Positions 42,538-54,976 of a DNA stretch of 64,000 nucleotides are shown piece by piece; the first letter of the stretch is position 1, and the number at the start of each line of letters is the position of its first letter. The notes beneath the pieces are model-generated. The model ran no database searches. It was not told where the DNA came from and saw only the letters and a list, made by a program, of their open reading frames with translations. Source of the DNA: Trichomonas gallinae. Lineage: Eukaryota. The stretch lies in assembly GCA_008369845.1 (NCBI GenBank), contig MRSU01010484.1, forward strand, positions 1 through 64,000. The letters are read 5' to 3'. Made by a program: the position numbers and the translations under genes.

Positions 42538-43262
42538 TTTTCTCGATTTTGTCAAACCGTCAGATAATCAATCGTTGTTTAGAGCTTGCTAATACAAATT
42601 TTATCATTTTTATAGTCCTTTGCATGCAACAAACCCAAGTACAAAGCGAATCAACATAAACACGAGTGACAATTTCGCGATAAAAAAAATCTCAATAAAT
42701 TCCATCACAACCAATATCTCTACACTAGTAATCCATACACCAAGTTATTTCAATAGTTTATTCTATCATATTTCATCAAGGGAACCAATATCAATACCTC
42801 ACTTACTTATTTCCTACGGAAATGTATAAAATAAACATTAAAATACACATCCATATCAACAACATATGAGATTTTTAGACAATCATTGCTGTATTGTTTT
42901 CTTTATTCTGTCCAAATATTTTCTTCAGATGAGACTTTCAGTCATGGCATATAACTCTTAAAATCGAACATTGAATCATTGCACCGCGCTGCTATTCATC
43001 GTATCTATTAACTTATCGAAATTAATTTTATTGGAACTCCATACAGTGACATAATACGAATAAATGATATCGTCTAATCAGTAGATTACAATGATTGATA
43101 TATGGATAATGATTCAGGATCATTAATTGATATATTGTGGATATCTATGACCCAGATATAATATAGAAACATGGCATAAGCTATGCATCTATGCAATAAA
43201 AAATGCTTATAGTTAAGTAAATTAAATTTGAAAACGATTGTTTATTAAACAGATTAGTATGC

Positions 43263-43823
43263 TTAGAATGTGTCACTGGATGTGATACTGATGTTGTCCT
43301 TTAAGTCGCGGAAAGCAACAACAGAGTGAATCTTACCAAGATTATCCTTGTAGACAACATGGATGTTCAAGCCTGCAACAACCTGCGTTCTAACAAATAG
43401 CACAGTGTCTTTGACTGTATTCACTCCTTTTGATACAATGTAGTACTTAATCACATCGTAAACTTCATTTTCATCATAGTCTGGCTTTTGGATTGTCCAA
43501 CCTCCTAAGAGCTGTTCATCAGCGTTCTTTGGAAGGAACTTGAAGCCATGAAGCGAAATTTCGTTGGTGATTGAGACGTGAAGTGAAAATTCGACGGTGT
43601 CGTGGCCAAGTTTATGTGTTAAGTGAATGTTGTAGCCATTGACAACCTGAACTTCAGCACTTATAAATGCAAGAAGTGTGTTTGTGCGTTTGTATTCTGG
43701 AAGAATCTTCATGTAGTTCTTGTTGACGTAAGGGATTACCTTTCTGACATACTCTGAGTCATATCCGACAGCTTGCCAGCCTCCAGGAATTGATGCACAA
43801 AGAAGTGTTAATGCGAAAATCAT
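43263..43823 (-). CDS. Secreted two-domain cystatin-like protease inhibitor, 186 aa
   Basis: Signal peptide, then two units each with GGW and QVVxG (QVVNG, QVVAG). Confidence 0.88.
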   Translation of the reverse strand: MIFALTLLCASIPGGWQAVGYDSEYVRKVIPYVNKNYMKILPEYKRTNTLLAFISAEVQVVNGYNIHLTHKLGHDTVEFSLHVSITNEISLHGFKFLPKNADEQLLGGWTIQKPDYDENEVYDVIKYYIVSKGVNTVKDTVLFVRTQVVAGLNIHVVYKDNLGKIHSVVAFRDLKDNISITSSDTF

Positions 43824-44389
43824 TATGGCACTTTTTGTAAAATTTTCGCTTAAAAATTTTTATATCGCATCTTGTAAAGTTATCAAATTTTGAAGGTTAT
43901 TACGGGCGCGAAAGCAAAGTAAAATCAAAATTTGAATTAAAAATAATCGTATCGTGCAAATTTTATTATTTTCCATATTTTTGGACTAGTTTACATGATA
44001 CATCATTATTCTTCAAATATTTTTTTTTTATAATTTGCGTCACATTTTTTAAAGTACGATAAAAATTTCAAATTACCTAAATATTATTTAATATTCTTAA
44101 TCTTTATATAATATTTATTCAAAAATAAAAAAAAAATTAAAGGACAGACAGATTTTACATGAAAAATTCAAAATCAAAACAAAACAATGATAATATAGCA
44201 TATTTATCATGCATATAGCATAGTGTATGCAGAAAAATTCAATATTGTCGCTGGTTAATTGTTTTATATTGATATCGTCAATGGCCTTTGTAAACAAAGA
44301 ATCTAATTTCATTCATCTATGATCGGTCAAAAATTAAATTTTGAAACTACTGTTTTTTAACACTAAATCTCTATAATACAAACGAAATA

Positions 44390-45811
44390 TTACAGTTTTG
44401 ATTCTGAGGTTGTTGGCTTCTCAGTTGAACTGATGCTACCGTCAATTTGATCATATTGATGCTGGCTCTCATCTTTTGGCTGATAAGCTGTTGTTTCCTT
44501 GGTAATAGAAATAACAACAGCAGACAAGAAGATAGACACAGCACAGAAGACGTACAAACCGTATCTATATCCGTCCCAAGTATATCTGGTGACTTTTCCA
44601 TCTTTATAAGATCCTTTCAATGGAATCGTTGCAGATGAAATGACTTGGTAAACTGCTGATAAAATGAAAACAAAGAAATTAGAAATTCCAACAGCGGAAG
44701 CTGAGACTGTTGGTGAATAATATTCAGTCAACAGTGGATAAGAAACCGAGCAAAGAGGAGCCGTAAAGTAACCAATTACTAGATACAAAATAAATATCCA
44801 TGTCTTTCCAATTGTATCACCAATGAAACAGAAAACTAATAATGCAGCAAGTGTAATAACTGAGCCACCAGTGCAAACCCATTTTCTCATTTTCAGTAAA
44901 TTTGCGATTGTTGGGATTGTTAATGAACCAACAACCATTCCTATTGATATAGCAATCAATATTGAGCCAATACTCTTCTTTTCCATTCCTTTGATATCAA
45001 TCAGATAAGGACCACCCCAATAGCCGACGATATCAATGTAAGGACATGAGGAAAGTATATTAAACAGTGTAATTGGCCAGAAATACCAAACACTGAAAAC
45101 TGTTTTGATATTCGACCAAAGAAGTTTCATTTTATCAGCACAGCCTTCTTCATCCATAATTGGAGCACTTTCTTCATTGACTGGCATGAAACCTTTCTTT
45201 TTAGGATCACCTCTAACAAATATCAAAACCAAAAGTGCTAGAAAAGCGCCAATTCCACCTATTCCGTAAAATCCATATCTCCATGGGAATTTTTCGATGA
45301 ATAAACTTAATGGTCCCGCTGCAAGCATTCCACCTGCTCCTGACATTGCAACAAGAATACCAAGCATCACTGGAAAAGACTTTGTCTTAAACCATCTGGT
45401 AATGATGCGCACTGTAGAAACGTAAGTTGGGCCACATCCCAAACCAACAAGTAATCTTCCGAGGATACCAACGCCAATTGTATTAGATAAGCCACATATA
45501 ATAGATCCACATGCAGCAACAAGACCAGAAACTCCAATAACGTATGCAGGATCAATTATATCAGCCAAAAGACCAGCAAAAGGTTGCATACAGGCATAAG
45601 GGTAGAAATATATCGACGAAAATATTGATAATTCGGTTGTTGTAACTTTGTATGCTGCTGCCATGTCTTCAGCAACAACAGCCGGACATTGTTTCTGGAA
45701 AGAAACGAATGCATAGAGAATTGCAGGACATATGTATGAATATATCCGAGTGAAATGGAATTTCCAACCTGGCCCGTCTTCGACTTCGGTCGTCATAAGA
45801 TTTGTGTACAT
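44390..45811 (-). CDS. Major facilitator superfamily transporter, 473 aa
   Basis: ~12 TM segments; motifs YFYPYACMQPFAGLLAD, GRLLVGLG, ITRWF. Confidence 0.93.
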   Translation of the reverse strand: MYTNLMTTEVEDGPGWKFHFTRIYSYICPAILYAFVSFQKQCPAVVAEDMAAAYKVTTTELSIFSSIYFYPYACMQPFAGLLADIIDPAYVIGVSGLVAACGSIICGLSNTIGVGILGRLLVGLGCGPTYVSTVRIITRWFKTKSFPVMLGILVAMSGAGGMLAAGPLSLFIEKFPWRYGFYGIGGIGAFLALLVLIFVRGDPKKKGFMPVNEESAPIMDEEGCADKMKLLWSNIKTVFSVWYFWPITLFNILSSCPYIDIVGYWGGPYLIDIKGMEKKSIGSILIAISIGMVVGSLTIPTIANLLKMRKWVCTGGSVITLAALLVFCFIGDTIGKTWIFILYLVIGYFTAPLCSVSYPLLTEYYSPTVSASAVGISNFFVFILSAVYQVISSATIPLKGSYKDGKVTRYTWDGYRYGLYVFCAVSIFLSAVVISITKETTAYQPKDESQHQYDQIDGSISSTEKPTTSESKL

Positions 45812-46669
45812 TTCAATGAATTCTTTTCTATCGTCAAATTTTGTAGATCAAACGATGTAATAACCTTTACAACACAAATCGGCAGAAAGTCATCAGTTTC
45901 AGTGTTTTTCATTGTGAAATCTCATTTTTCTCAAAATATATTTCAACCACAATTCTGATTATCGGTTGCATAATGATTGAATGATAATAATACATCCCAT
46001 ACAATATCTAAAGATGTATTTTTAATTCCAGATATGGATTATAGTATCACTAGAGATACAATAAAAACAATATAATATGCCATGTAAAATAATTTGTCAT
46101 GTAAATAAAGATATGATTTATCAATAAAAATATAATAACTTTGAGATCTCAAAAACAATTGCAAGGACAGAAAGCGAGCTGAAAAGAGGAGAGATGATTC
46201 ATTAAATGTTTACTTTTTTTTTGGTCCGGATTCCAAAAAAGTACCTGCAGATTTCTAGAAAATCCGACAATAAGGTGATTTGTAAAGTGTCAAAATATAA
46301 AAATATTAAATTCAGATTTGACATGTAACACATGTGTATATGATAAATTTGTTGTGTAAAGAAAAAATATAACAATACTTTTCAAAACATGGGTTTCATG
46401 ATTTCATCCTTTAATTACATACTGATTTAATCCGCTTGTCAATCACATTCTGACAAAAATTTATGTCAAAATTTGAATTAAATAAGAATTTCGATATCAA
46501 TATGAAATATTGGTTGTTTTATTTGTTATGATGCATTTTTACTTTACCAACTTTTTTCCCAGAAAATTTTAATCTTGCTGCAAAATATACATATAAATCA
46601 ATTATCAATAAAATTTTTTAAAACGATAATAATTGAGACAAAAATAATCGTTTCACAGTTATTATTATT

Positions 46670-47730
46670 ATTTGAATGAATTACTACAGATTTTTGATTT
46701 ACCAGAATACAACAACCACATCATTCTTTTGTTTTCTATTGATGCATCAATTTGTCCATTTGAACAATAATAATTGATGACAATAATTAAATTAATATTA
46801 CAGAACTAATTCAATTCAACAATCAAGAAAAATCAGGAAAAACACAAATTCTAATTCCAAGTGACATAACTTTCAGAACCCACGACATGACAATTTTTGC
46901 TGTTGATGAATTTGGTGCATCCTTCTTTTATGATTTTATCATCCACCAACAATAGAAGTTGATGATATTGAAGATAAAATGTATAATGAAAAAGATACAA
47001 TTAAATTCCAAGGTAGAGTTGATGATTTGGATCTTGACGATACAATTTGCGTTAAAGTTCGAATTGACAATGAAGAATTTGAAACAAAGCACACTTGTTT
47101 ACCAGAAAACAGACCAACTTGTTTCAATTATCAAGTTTTAATTCACAATGGAAATATTTCAATGAAAATTCGTGCAGGAGACAGCAGAAACTCACAATCT
47201 AAAGCTGACAAAAAATCATCAGATTTCCTTTGAGAACTTCTGTTCCTATTACATATCCTTCCAGGCTCCCAATTTTAGTTCCAACATATACATTAGTTTC
47301 GACAAATGGAGCTGATGGTTCAACTATGACATATGATACAATAATGTCGGAATATGAAGTTGCTGTGTTCGAGACGAATGATACAGATGTCAACATTCCT
47401 TACTTAGAAACAATCAATGGAAAATATGTTTTACGGCCTTTAATTGTTTTCTTTATTCTTTTTATTGTTGACATTATTATCTTGATCATATTATAGAAGA
47501 AGAAGAAAAAATAAGAAGAAGAAAAATCAGAAGAACCAGTTGAAATGGACAATTAGACTGTTCAAGCACTACCAGAAAATGGTCCTGCATTAACAAATGA
47601 CAATCCATTGTGGACAACAAAGAATGGCAAAGATGATCCATTCAAGAATGATTGTGAAGAAGAAAACCCAATTCCTCAAGATGACCAAGTTGATAATGAA
47701 GAAATTGAAGATTTTGAAGATACTCCATAA
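46670..47730 (+). pseudogene. Decayed type I surface protein (Ig/cadherin-like ectodomain fragments, TM, NPLW/DDPF tail)
   Basis: Fragments FAVDEFGA and IKFQGRVDDLD..D, a Thr/Ser stalk, a hydrophobic stretch LIVFFILFIVDIIILIIL followed by a stop and K-run, then ..TNDNPLWTTKNGKDDPFKNDCEEE..EDTP*. Several stops and frameshifts; the 5' end is approximate. Confidence 0.75.
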
Positions 47731-50237
47731 TTTTATAATTTCATGTTAAAAAAATTCTATTTTATGCTATTTCTCTTGTTTTTGAACTTAATATCAAAAA
47801 GAGCTAAATAGGACAATGCTCTAAAACTATGTGTCCAAACGTGGTTCCAATTTAATGAAGCAAGTCAACATTATTTATTATTTTATTCTCGGATGAAACA
47901 AAATTGAGCAAAATTCTTGAGTGATGTTGTTATACAAAACGCATTTTTTAAAATAATATAATGCACTACATAAACAAGTCTAATGGTTCAAAAGGTAAAT
48001 AAGATGTTCATGTATATAAAGATAAACATAAAATTGATTTCTTGCCAGATCAACTCATTTTTTGAGCAATGTAGATATGGCAAATAATCCAAATTCTAGC
48101 AATAAATGCACTAGATATTGTGATTAGAGCAAATGGTTAACTTTATTTCTCAAGGAACGCGCATAATTTTTAACGTTCGCAGGAGAAATCTTCAAATGAA
48201 CAAGGAAATTTGATACGAGTTTTAGATAATTTATAATAGTTTAGGTTCAGTCTTAATATACTGCAACTTTTGGACTTATTTGATAATGACTCAGCTTTAA
48301 TCTAATATCAGGGGCAGTTATTTTTGATGAGGGACATTCATCCATGTCATATTTTTGGCCAGTCCGAAATATATCTCATTAATTTGGATGCATACAATCT
48401 AAGCATTTAATCAGACCGACCAATTTGCAAAATTTTAAAATTGAATCGTAAAAAAATGATTTTTCGTAAACAATTTACTCAGAAACACAATTGTCTGACA
48501 TCAATTATATTGATTTCGAGTTCAAATCGAAAAAATATTCAATCGTTAAAAAACAAAATGTAACATTAGCGATTATCACAAACGATCATTAAATCAATGA
48601 TATCAACAAATATCATAAGTTAGAAGTTTATATTTCGGAGAAATAATGTTTCAAACGTTAAAATAAAATTACCGGCATAAATTTACTAATGATACCTGTT
48701 TTTCAACAAATTAATCAAACGAATCTAATTAAGAACATTACTTCGATAATCCGCCAAATTTGGATGACTGTCAGTTAATGAATTCAATGGTCTTGAAAAT
48801 GAATTGATTTTTCAAATTTGAAAGGTTTATTTGAGATTTTTGAAGATAAAATTCCAAATTTAAGATTTAAAAAATTGTATTAAAATTTATCAAATTATAT
48901 AGGTATATTGAAAATTTTTGATAACTACAGAAAATTATCAAATTTAATCATTCAAATTTAATTTCCATTCAAAATATTTTTATGCAATTTTTATTTTGCT
49001 TTATTTTTACTTATCATTATCAAATAAATACATATTAAAAATTTTTTACAAGGTAGTTAATGTGTTACATATCATTTATTAAACAAAATTAATCGATTTT
49101 GATTTTGGTTATTCTCCTAAAGAAATAATTCCATTCAAAAATTATTAAGTTTATTTTTGTGATAATCAAGAGTATAAAACTAATTTCTCCAGCTCTTACC
49201 CATTAAAATTCCAAATGCTTATTGAGTAATAACATGAATCTTCGAAAAGATTTCTTCAAGTTTCGTATTTCAAAAATTTCATCCGAAAAAGTACCCAAAT
49301 CACTTCAAATCCTTGATCTTTAGTTCTTATTATTTAATATATTGCTTTACTTCATATTTTTTGACCATTGTTTTGAATAACATATATCATTTTTTTCTAA
49401 AATGAAGCTATCAGTTTAGATTAATTTCATTAGGTGATTGTAATTGACTTATTAACCAATTTTCTCGAATCATATTTAAAAGAATTTTATCGCTCAATAT
49501 TTAATGAACGCATGTCCCAAGTATGTAATATCAGATCAGATGCTTGACCACATTTTACTGTTAAGTCTCTTTATCGGGCAGAGTATGAATTTTTCTAATT
49601 AACCATTTCAAAAAAATATTGAATCCGCGAATATTATTAAATTCCGATACATAATTTCAGGCAATATTTCTTCAGAAAAACGATTTTCAATGCTTTTAGT
49701 TTCATATTTAAATTCGATTTGAGGCGATTGATTTTCGAATATTCTCGATTGAAATTTGATCAGTTCAGTCATTGAAATACAGAATAGATAGCAAATAATC
49801 GCTTTTACTATCCAAATCATTATTTCAAATTATAAGTGTCCAAAAATTACAGTTAATCGAAATAAATATATTTAATTGATAGTTGATAGGAATCTCTATC
49901 TATATTTGAAGGAACTCTAATTTAATCTCATGTTTTCATCGCGATAAAAAAATATTGATTAAAAATACAAAATATTTCTTTGTTAATGAAATTATGAAAA
50001 GATTATTGACCGAACAATTTAGATGTACTTTGAAAAGTTGCTTATTTGTAGGCTGATTTTGAATTTCAATTTTCAATGTCGTTTTTTTTAATCCGTTAAA
50101 ATAAAATTGTTTTACCAGGGCTATATATTACTAAAATGATAATTTTTTTCAAAATGTCAACTTTAGAATTTATTACAACAAAAAATTATCGATTATTGAA
50201 CATCTTTATTTATAAACAACAAATATACAGTCAAAAT

Positions 50238-50962
50238 TCATTTTTGACAAACAATGGGTAAATGACACCATTCGTCATCGAAGGGGTTATTATACACTAG
50301 TCCTTGAGTTTTTAAGGATATTAGTATTGCACGTATTTGTCGGTCAAACTTCAATTTCGAGAATAATTTAATCTTGCAATTCAAAGTCTTTGCAAAGTTA
50401 AGTATATCGTCAAACTTTACTGCTACTTTGCTGCGGACGAGGAATGACAACAGTTCGTCTTGAAAATCTACACCTTCATTGATATGATTTAAATCTTCTG
50501 AAGAGGATTCATTTATTTGTGAATCTGGATTCTCCGTGGTTTTCTCATCGCTATTCGAAGCATTTGGATCATACTTTCCAAGTACAATGTTGCCTGGTTT
50601 ATCGGGATCAGGTAAGAAAAGTTGTTGATTATTCTTTTTTATCGATAGATTCAGTCTAATTAACCTCATACAAGGCTTTACTTGAAATGCACGCGCGGAT
50701 TTCTCGTTAATCAGCTTCCACTTGTTACAAACTCCAAAATCTCTTGTTCAGAGGCTGTGCCGTTATGTTCCATGATACAGAATGTTATAGCTTTTTGAAT
50801 CGGAGTCAATTCCTTGTTATTTATCATTCCAGCTGCTTCGATAGGATGCTGAATTTCCAGGAAGCTTCCATCCTGCATGCAACGCGGTTCATTCGGTTTA
50901 TAGTCATCGTCTGGAAGTCGAGAGCCACCAGCTGATGCTTTGGGAACTCTTCGTCCTCTCAT
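50238..50962 (-). CDS. Hypothetical protein, possibly with two winged-helix-like domains, split by one frameshift (~241 aa if repaired)
   Basis: ORFs 50711-50962 and 50238-50669 join if one base is added near 50727 (GTAACAAG to GTAAACAAG), giving EILEFVNKWKLINEKSARAFQVKPCMRLIRLNLSIKK. Confidence 0.65.
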
Positions 50963-51948
50963 CAGAATTTTCTAATAAAAGGTGACAATCGTTTATGAAT
51001 GGCTTAAAAATAAAAGCAAATATTTTTCAACTAATTATCATCTACAGTGTCATTCATTTAATCATCTTTGATCAACGAAGTTAAATTGTGATAAATAAAT
51101 ATTCAAAGTTGTAGTGGAATTTTGGATTAACAAAATCCAGTACCAAACTATATGCAACAAAAATATAAAGTTAATTCACATAGAAACTTAATTTTAACAA
51201 TGTTTAGTCTCAATTTGATATTTGAATAGTATCTCAATTAACGTTTGAAAATTAACCCTGGTAATATCATATTATGCAGATGCTCTATTTTCATCTTTTT
51301 ATTTTTTATTTGAGAGAGTAAACAATTTTTGTGTTCATTCAAAATTCTTCATGTTAACAAAATTGAAAAGATCGAGAATATTGTTATCGCTATATTTAGA
51401 CAGTAAATACGAATTTTTGTCAATTAATTAAAAACTGACACTTGATTCAGAAGTTTACGAATTCTTCTGAATATTTCGTTCATTCCTTCAATTATGAATA
51501 TTAACTGAAAATTTATCCGATAACAATAGCTCTAGGGATTATTTGAATACTTTTTGCACGATAATCGTTTTGATCAATAGAAATGCATTCAATAAAAATA
51601 TTGCATGGCATATTTTATTTATTCTGCACAATATTTTCATGTTTTGGAATTTTTTTATTCCTTACTTTCATCAAAAGTTGAATAATAACTGATTTAATCT
51701 TACGAAATCTTAAATGCACCAAGTAAATATGGAGAACTAGATTTCGATTATAAAGAAATTGCCATTGAATTTCATAGAAATAAATTTTCCCAAATTCATT
51801 TAGTTGCTTTTATCTAAAAACTCCAACTTAAAGCTAATGTTTGGGTAATGGGTAGTTTTATAATACCGATTATGAGCTCATATATCAAGAAAAATGTTGA
51901 TATAAATTAAGTATTTTAAAAAAAAAACAAACAAATAAAAAACAAAAG

Positions 51949-53322
51949 TTATTCAAGTTGGCCGTATAGAAGTGCATTCTCCTTCTCCTGTTGAGTAGCC
52001 AAAAGATCATTTTCATTACTCCTTTTCTTGCTAAGTTTGACAGGAAGAATTCTTTGTTTTGGCTGCCTCTTGTCATGTCTTGGAATAGACTTATTGGCTC
52101 GTTGCAAAGCCTGCTCAACTTTGCGCAATTGTTCCAATCTTCTTTTTTCTTGGCCATCTAAGCGTTCTTTCAGCTTTCTCTCTTCATCTTTCTTCGTCTT
52201 AATCTCTTGGAGAATCTCAGGAGCAACTCTTTCTTCAATATTAATCATTCTTTCTAAAGAAGACTCGATTTTTTCGAGCATGTTCATTGGAGACATATCT
52301 GGGCATTTACCGAAACACGTGATATAAGTTTCAGTAATCATTTGTGTTAAATTACTAATTTCTTGATCTAATCCATCATTTTGCTTTGCTGCGCTCGCAT
52401 TTTTATAATCCATGGTCGAGAAGTCACGAGACTTGTTTTCGTTCTCGGTTATTTCTTTTTCTTCTTTATCTTGTAAAATTTTTCGTTTTTGAACTTTTTC
52501 GTTTAAAACGCCTTCAGCTTCAACGTAATGATTGTAGCACTTGACTAGGTTAAGTGTTTCGCTTTGTAACAAGTCCATCTCTTCAATTAAGACAGTTGGA
52601 TGATTAAAATAGTCGAAAATGTTTGTAACGTCGTCATTTATGAATGTTTTCAAGAACTTTTCGTATTCTTGGTATGTCTCGAGAATTTCTTCGTTCTTTG
52701 ATATTATTGAAACTTTTGCGTTGACATTTGCTTGAAGTTGGATTAATTCTTTCGTCAACGTAGAGTAAAGTGCAGCATTTTCAGCAGCTTGTTTTCTGCT
52801 CTTGGAAAGAGCTGCTTGAAGCTGATTCATCGAGATTTTATATTCATTTGCTTCATCTGATACGTCTTGTTCAGCTTTGAGGGTTCTAGCTTCTGTATTG
52901 ACTTGTATTCTGTTTAGTTTAGCAATATCTCGCTGTTTTTTGTTGATTAATAATTGTGTTAAATAAACTTGACGCATTTGATACATTTTTTCTGGCATTG
53001 TCTTTGTTCTTGTTTTAGTTTTCATCTGGTCTATTGATCCAACGGATTTAGAGGCAGCAGACACAGCTCTGCTTTGATGTTGTGATGTCGCAGCTGTTGT
53101 AAGGATTGGAACACGGATATGTGTTTGTTCTGCTCTTTGTTCTAATGTTCTTGTATTTAGAAGTAACTGTTCTCGAGATAATCTTGTATTTCGTTTTTCG
53201 CGAGTTTCTAGCTGAGCATTTCTCGAAACAGTGATGAATGGGTTGCCAGTTTTGCTATACTCAACAGCTTCACCATCAGCAGAAATGTCAGTAAGTCTTA
53301 ATATTTGTTCTAAATCATCCAT
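51949..53322 (-). CDS. Coiled-coil protein, CFAP100/CCDC37-like (DUF4200-type), ~457 aa
   Basis: Long coiled coils with YEKFL...YFNHP..LIEEMDLLQSETLNL. The ATG at 53322 follows an Inr (TCACTTT); the upstream extension in the ORF track is low-complexity promoter DNA. Confidence 0.65.
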   Translation of the reverse strand: MDDLEQILRLTDISADGEAVEYSKTGNPFITVSRNAQLETREKRNTRLSREQLLLNTRTLEQRAEQTHIRVPILTTAATSQHQSRAVSAASKSVGSIDQMKTKTRTKTMPEKMYQMRQVYLTQLLINKKQRDIAKLNRIQVNTEARTLKAEQDVSDEANEYKISMNQLQAALSKSRKQAAENAALYSTLTKELIQLQANVNAKVSIISKNEEILETYQEYEKFLKTFINDDVTNIFDYFNHPTVLIEEMDLLQSETLNLVKCYNHYVEAEGVLNEKVQKRKILQDKEEKEITENENKSRDFSTMDYKNASAAKQNDGLDQEISNLTQMITETYITCFGKCPDMSPMNMLEKIESSLERMINIEERVAPEILQEIKTKKDEERKLKERLDGQEKRRLEQLRKVEQALQRANKSIPRHDKRQPKQRILPVKLSKKRSNENDLLATQQEKENALLYGQLE

Positions 53323-53941
53323 GTAAAAAAAATTACAAAAGTGACAAAAACGATTTTTTTTGACAATTTTTTTGTAACTTTTTTTTGACAATTTTTTTTT
53401 TTCATGTAATATTTGTTCTGTTGAGCTAGATAAAGAGTTGGGCAACACAGAACCCAACTTTAACAACAACAGTCAAGAACTGAATATCCAGGTAGTTCAT
53501 TGAAGAAAAAAGGGAGTTCATTCGATGCTATATAGGATATATGCATGAATTTTTTGTGCCACTTAGTTTTGACACTTTCATTACGTTTTTGCATGTACCA
53601 TGTATCTAAAATGAAATTAATTTTCGATAAAATATTCGTATATTACCCAAAATATATTTGGAAAAGTGAAACCAAGTTGATGTATTCCAGTATTATACGA
53701 AAATTACAGATAACTTCTTTTCCAATGAAGAACAAAATTGATGTTTTTCAATTACAGAAGCCAAAAAACATGATATTACTTGAGTTATTGTTGTTCAAAG
53801 AAGAGTATTTCTATTATATATGATCAGGAAGACCAAATGTTTCTGTTCAAGGACGAAAGTGACAAAATTTTCAAAATCTTTACATAAGGTTAATTAATTT
53901 TCGTTTTTGTTTAGATTTGTGTTTCTTGATTAACTTCGCTG

Positions 53942-54781
53942 TTGATACAGCGGGAATATACGTATTATATTAAAGATATTTACTTCTTCAAACTCAAGGA
54001 AACTGCTGTAGATTCTCAGAACGGAAATTTATCAATCACAAATTGTTGCTTTGATAGTTGTTCTACAACTAAAAGATACGAAAACATTTATGATACATCT
54101 CCTTGCGCTATAGCATTTTACGGAAATAGCCTTTCAGCGAAACAATTATTTGTATTAAATTCTAACTCAACAGTTATTAGTACAAATGTTGATGAAAATT
54201 TAATAACAAAACTCAATGAAATCAATGAGTCATCATTCAACCGCTGTAAAGGTGAATCATGTTTAATCAACTTATATCGAGGCAAAACAATTGGTAATTC
54301 ACTTAATAATACAAAGACTGCATCACCTACAATACACTGCGGCTTTTGGCCACAGTATTACCTTGTTCAATTTGTTAATCAAATTCAAATTTATAATATC
54401 TCAATCGTATTTTCACAATCAATTAGTCAAAATTGCAAATGCATGAACTCATTATGTAATATTGTGAATAACACCTGCAAAGATCGATTGTTTTACTTCT
54501 ACTCTTGGGATCATTACATAAGTTCCTTTATTATTAAATATTCCACATTCAAATCTTTTATAATATTAGAACCTTCAGCAACAGCTTCATTCTCTTCTTG
54601 TTATTCCGATTTTGATGCAAAAATAAATGGATTTATACAATCAGAAGCACCTACTATTGAAATTAACTTTACGCCTGTATCTATAGAGCTTAAGTATACT
54701 TATGTTATCATAACTGCTCTAGAAATCTCATTTGACAAATGTTCCTTATTCTCTCTTTTTTATCCAATACTTTTCATGTGA
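53942..54781 (+). CDS. Hypothetical Cys/Asn-rich beta-helix-like protein with hydrophobic C-terminus; 5' end disrupted
   Basis: 279-codon open frame; no in-frame ATG near the start (TGA at 53927). Confidence 0.55.
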   Translation: MIQREYTYYIKDIYFFKLKETAVDSQNGNLSITNCCFDSCSTTKRYENIYDTSPCAIAFYGNSLSAKQLFVLNSNSTVISTNVDENLITKLNEINESSFNRCKGESCLINLYRGKTIGNSLNNTKTASPTIHCGFWPQYYLVQFVNQIQIYNISIVFSQSISQNCKCMNSLCNIVNNTCKDRLFYFYSWDHYISSFIIKYSTFKSFIILEPSATASFSSCYSDFDAKINGFIQSEAPTIEINFTPVSIELKYTYVIITALEISFDKCSLFSLFYPILFM

Positions 54782-54976
54782 TGGAACAATATTTTATCGA
54801 CTAAATAATGTTATACCTGAGTCAAAAGAAATGTTATCTTAAATCAAATTTATGCTAATTTTTTAAGGTAATCGACTTTACATATTTTATATCGAGGAAA
54901 ACAAATATATAATCAATATGACTTAATGTAGCTTTGATACATGTCCAGATTTCTATTTTTGTTATATTTTTGAAAA

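Noticed and set aside
47800..49900. Possible decayed gene in the long AT-rich gap (an FGLAK-like word on the minus strand near 48360)
   Set aside because: Stops in all frames checked, no DFG or other kinase motifs, and no recognisable homology.
53323..53469. N-terminal extensions from TTG/GTG starts in the ORF track (also 10681, 41268, 58267)
   Set aside because: Eukaryotic context; Inr motifs or paralog alignment support the downstream ATGs.
53889..53914. 26-nt GT..AG intron candidate upstream of ORF 53942
   Set aside because: No branch-point motif, and an in-frame TGA remains downstream at 53927.
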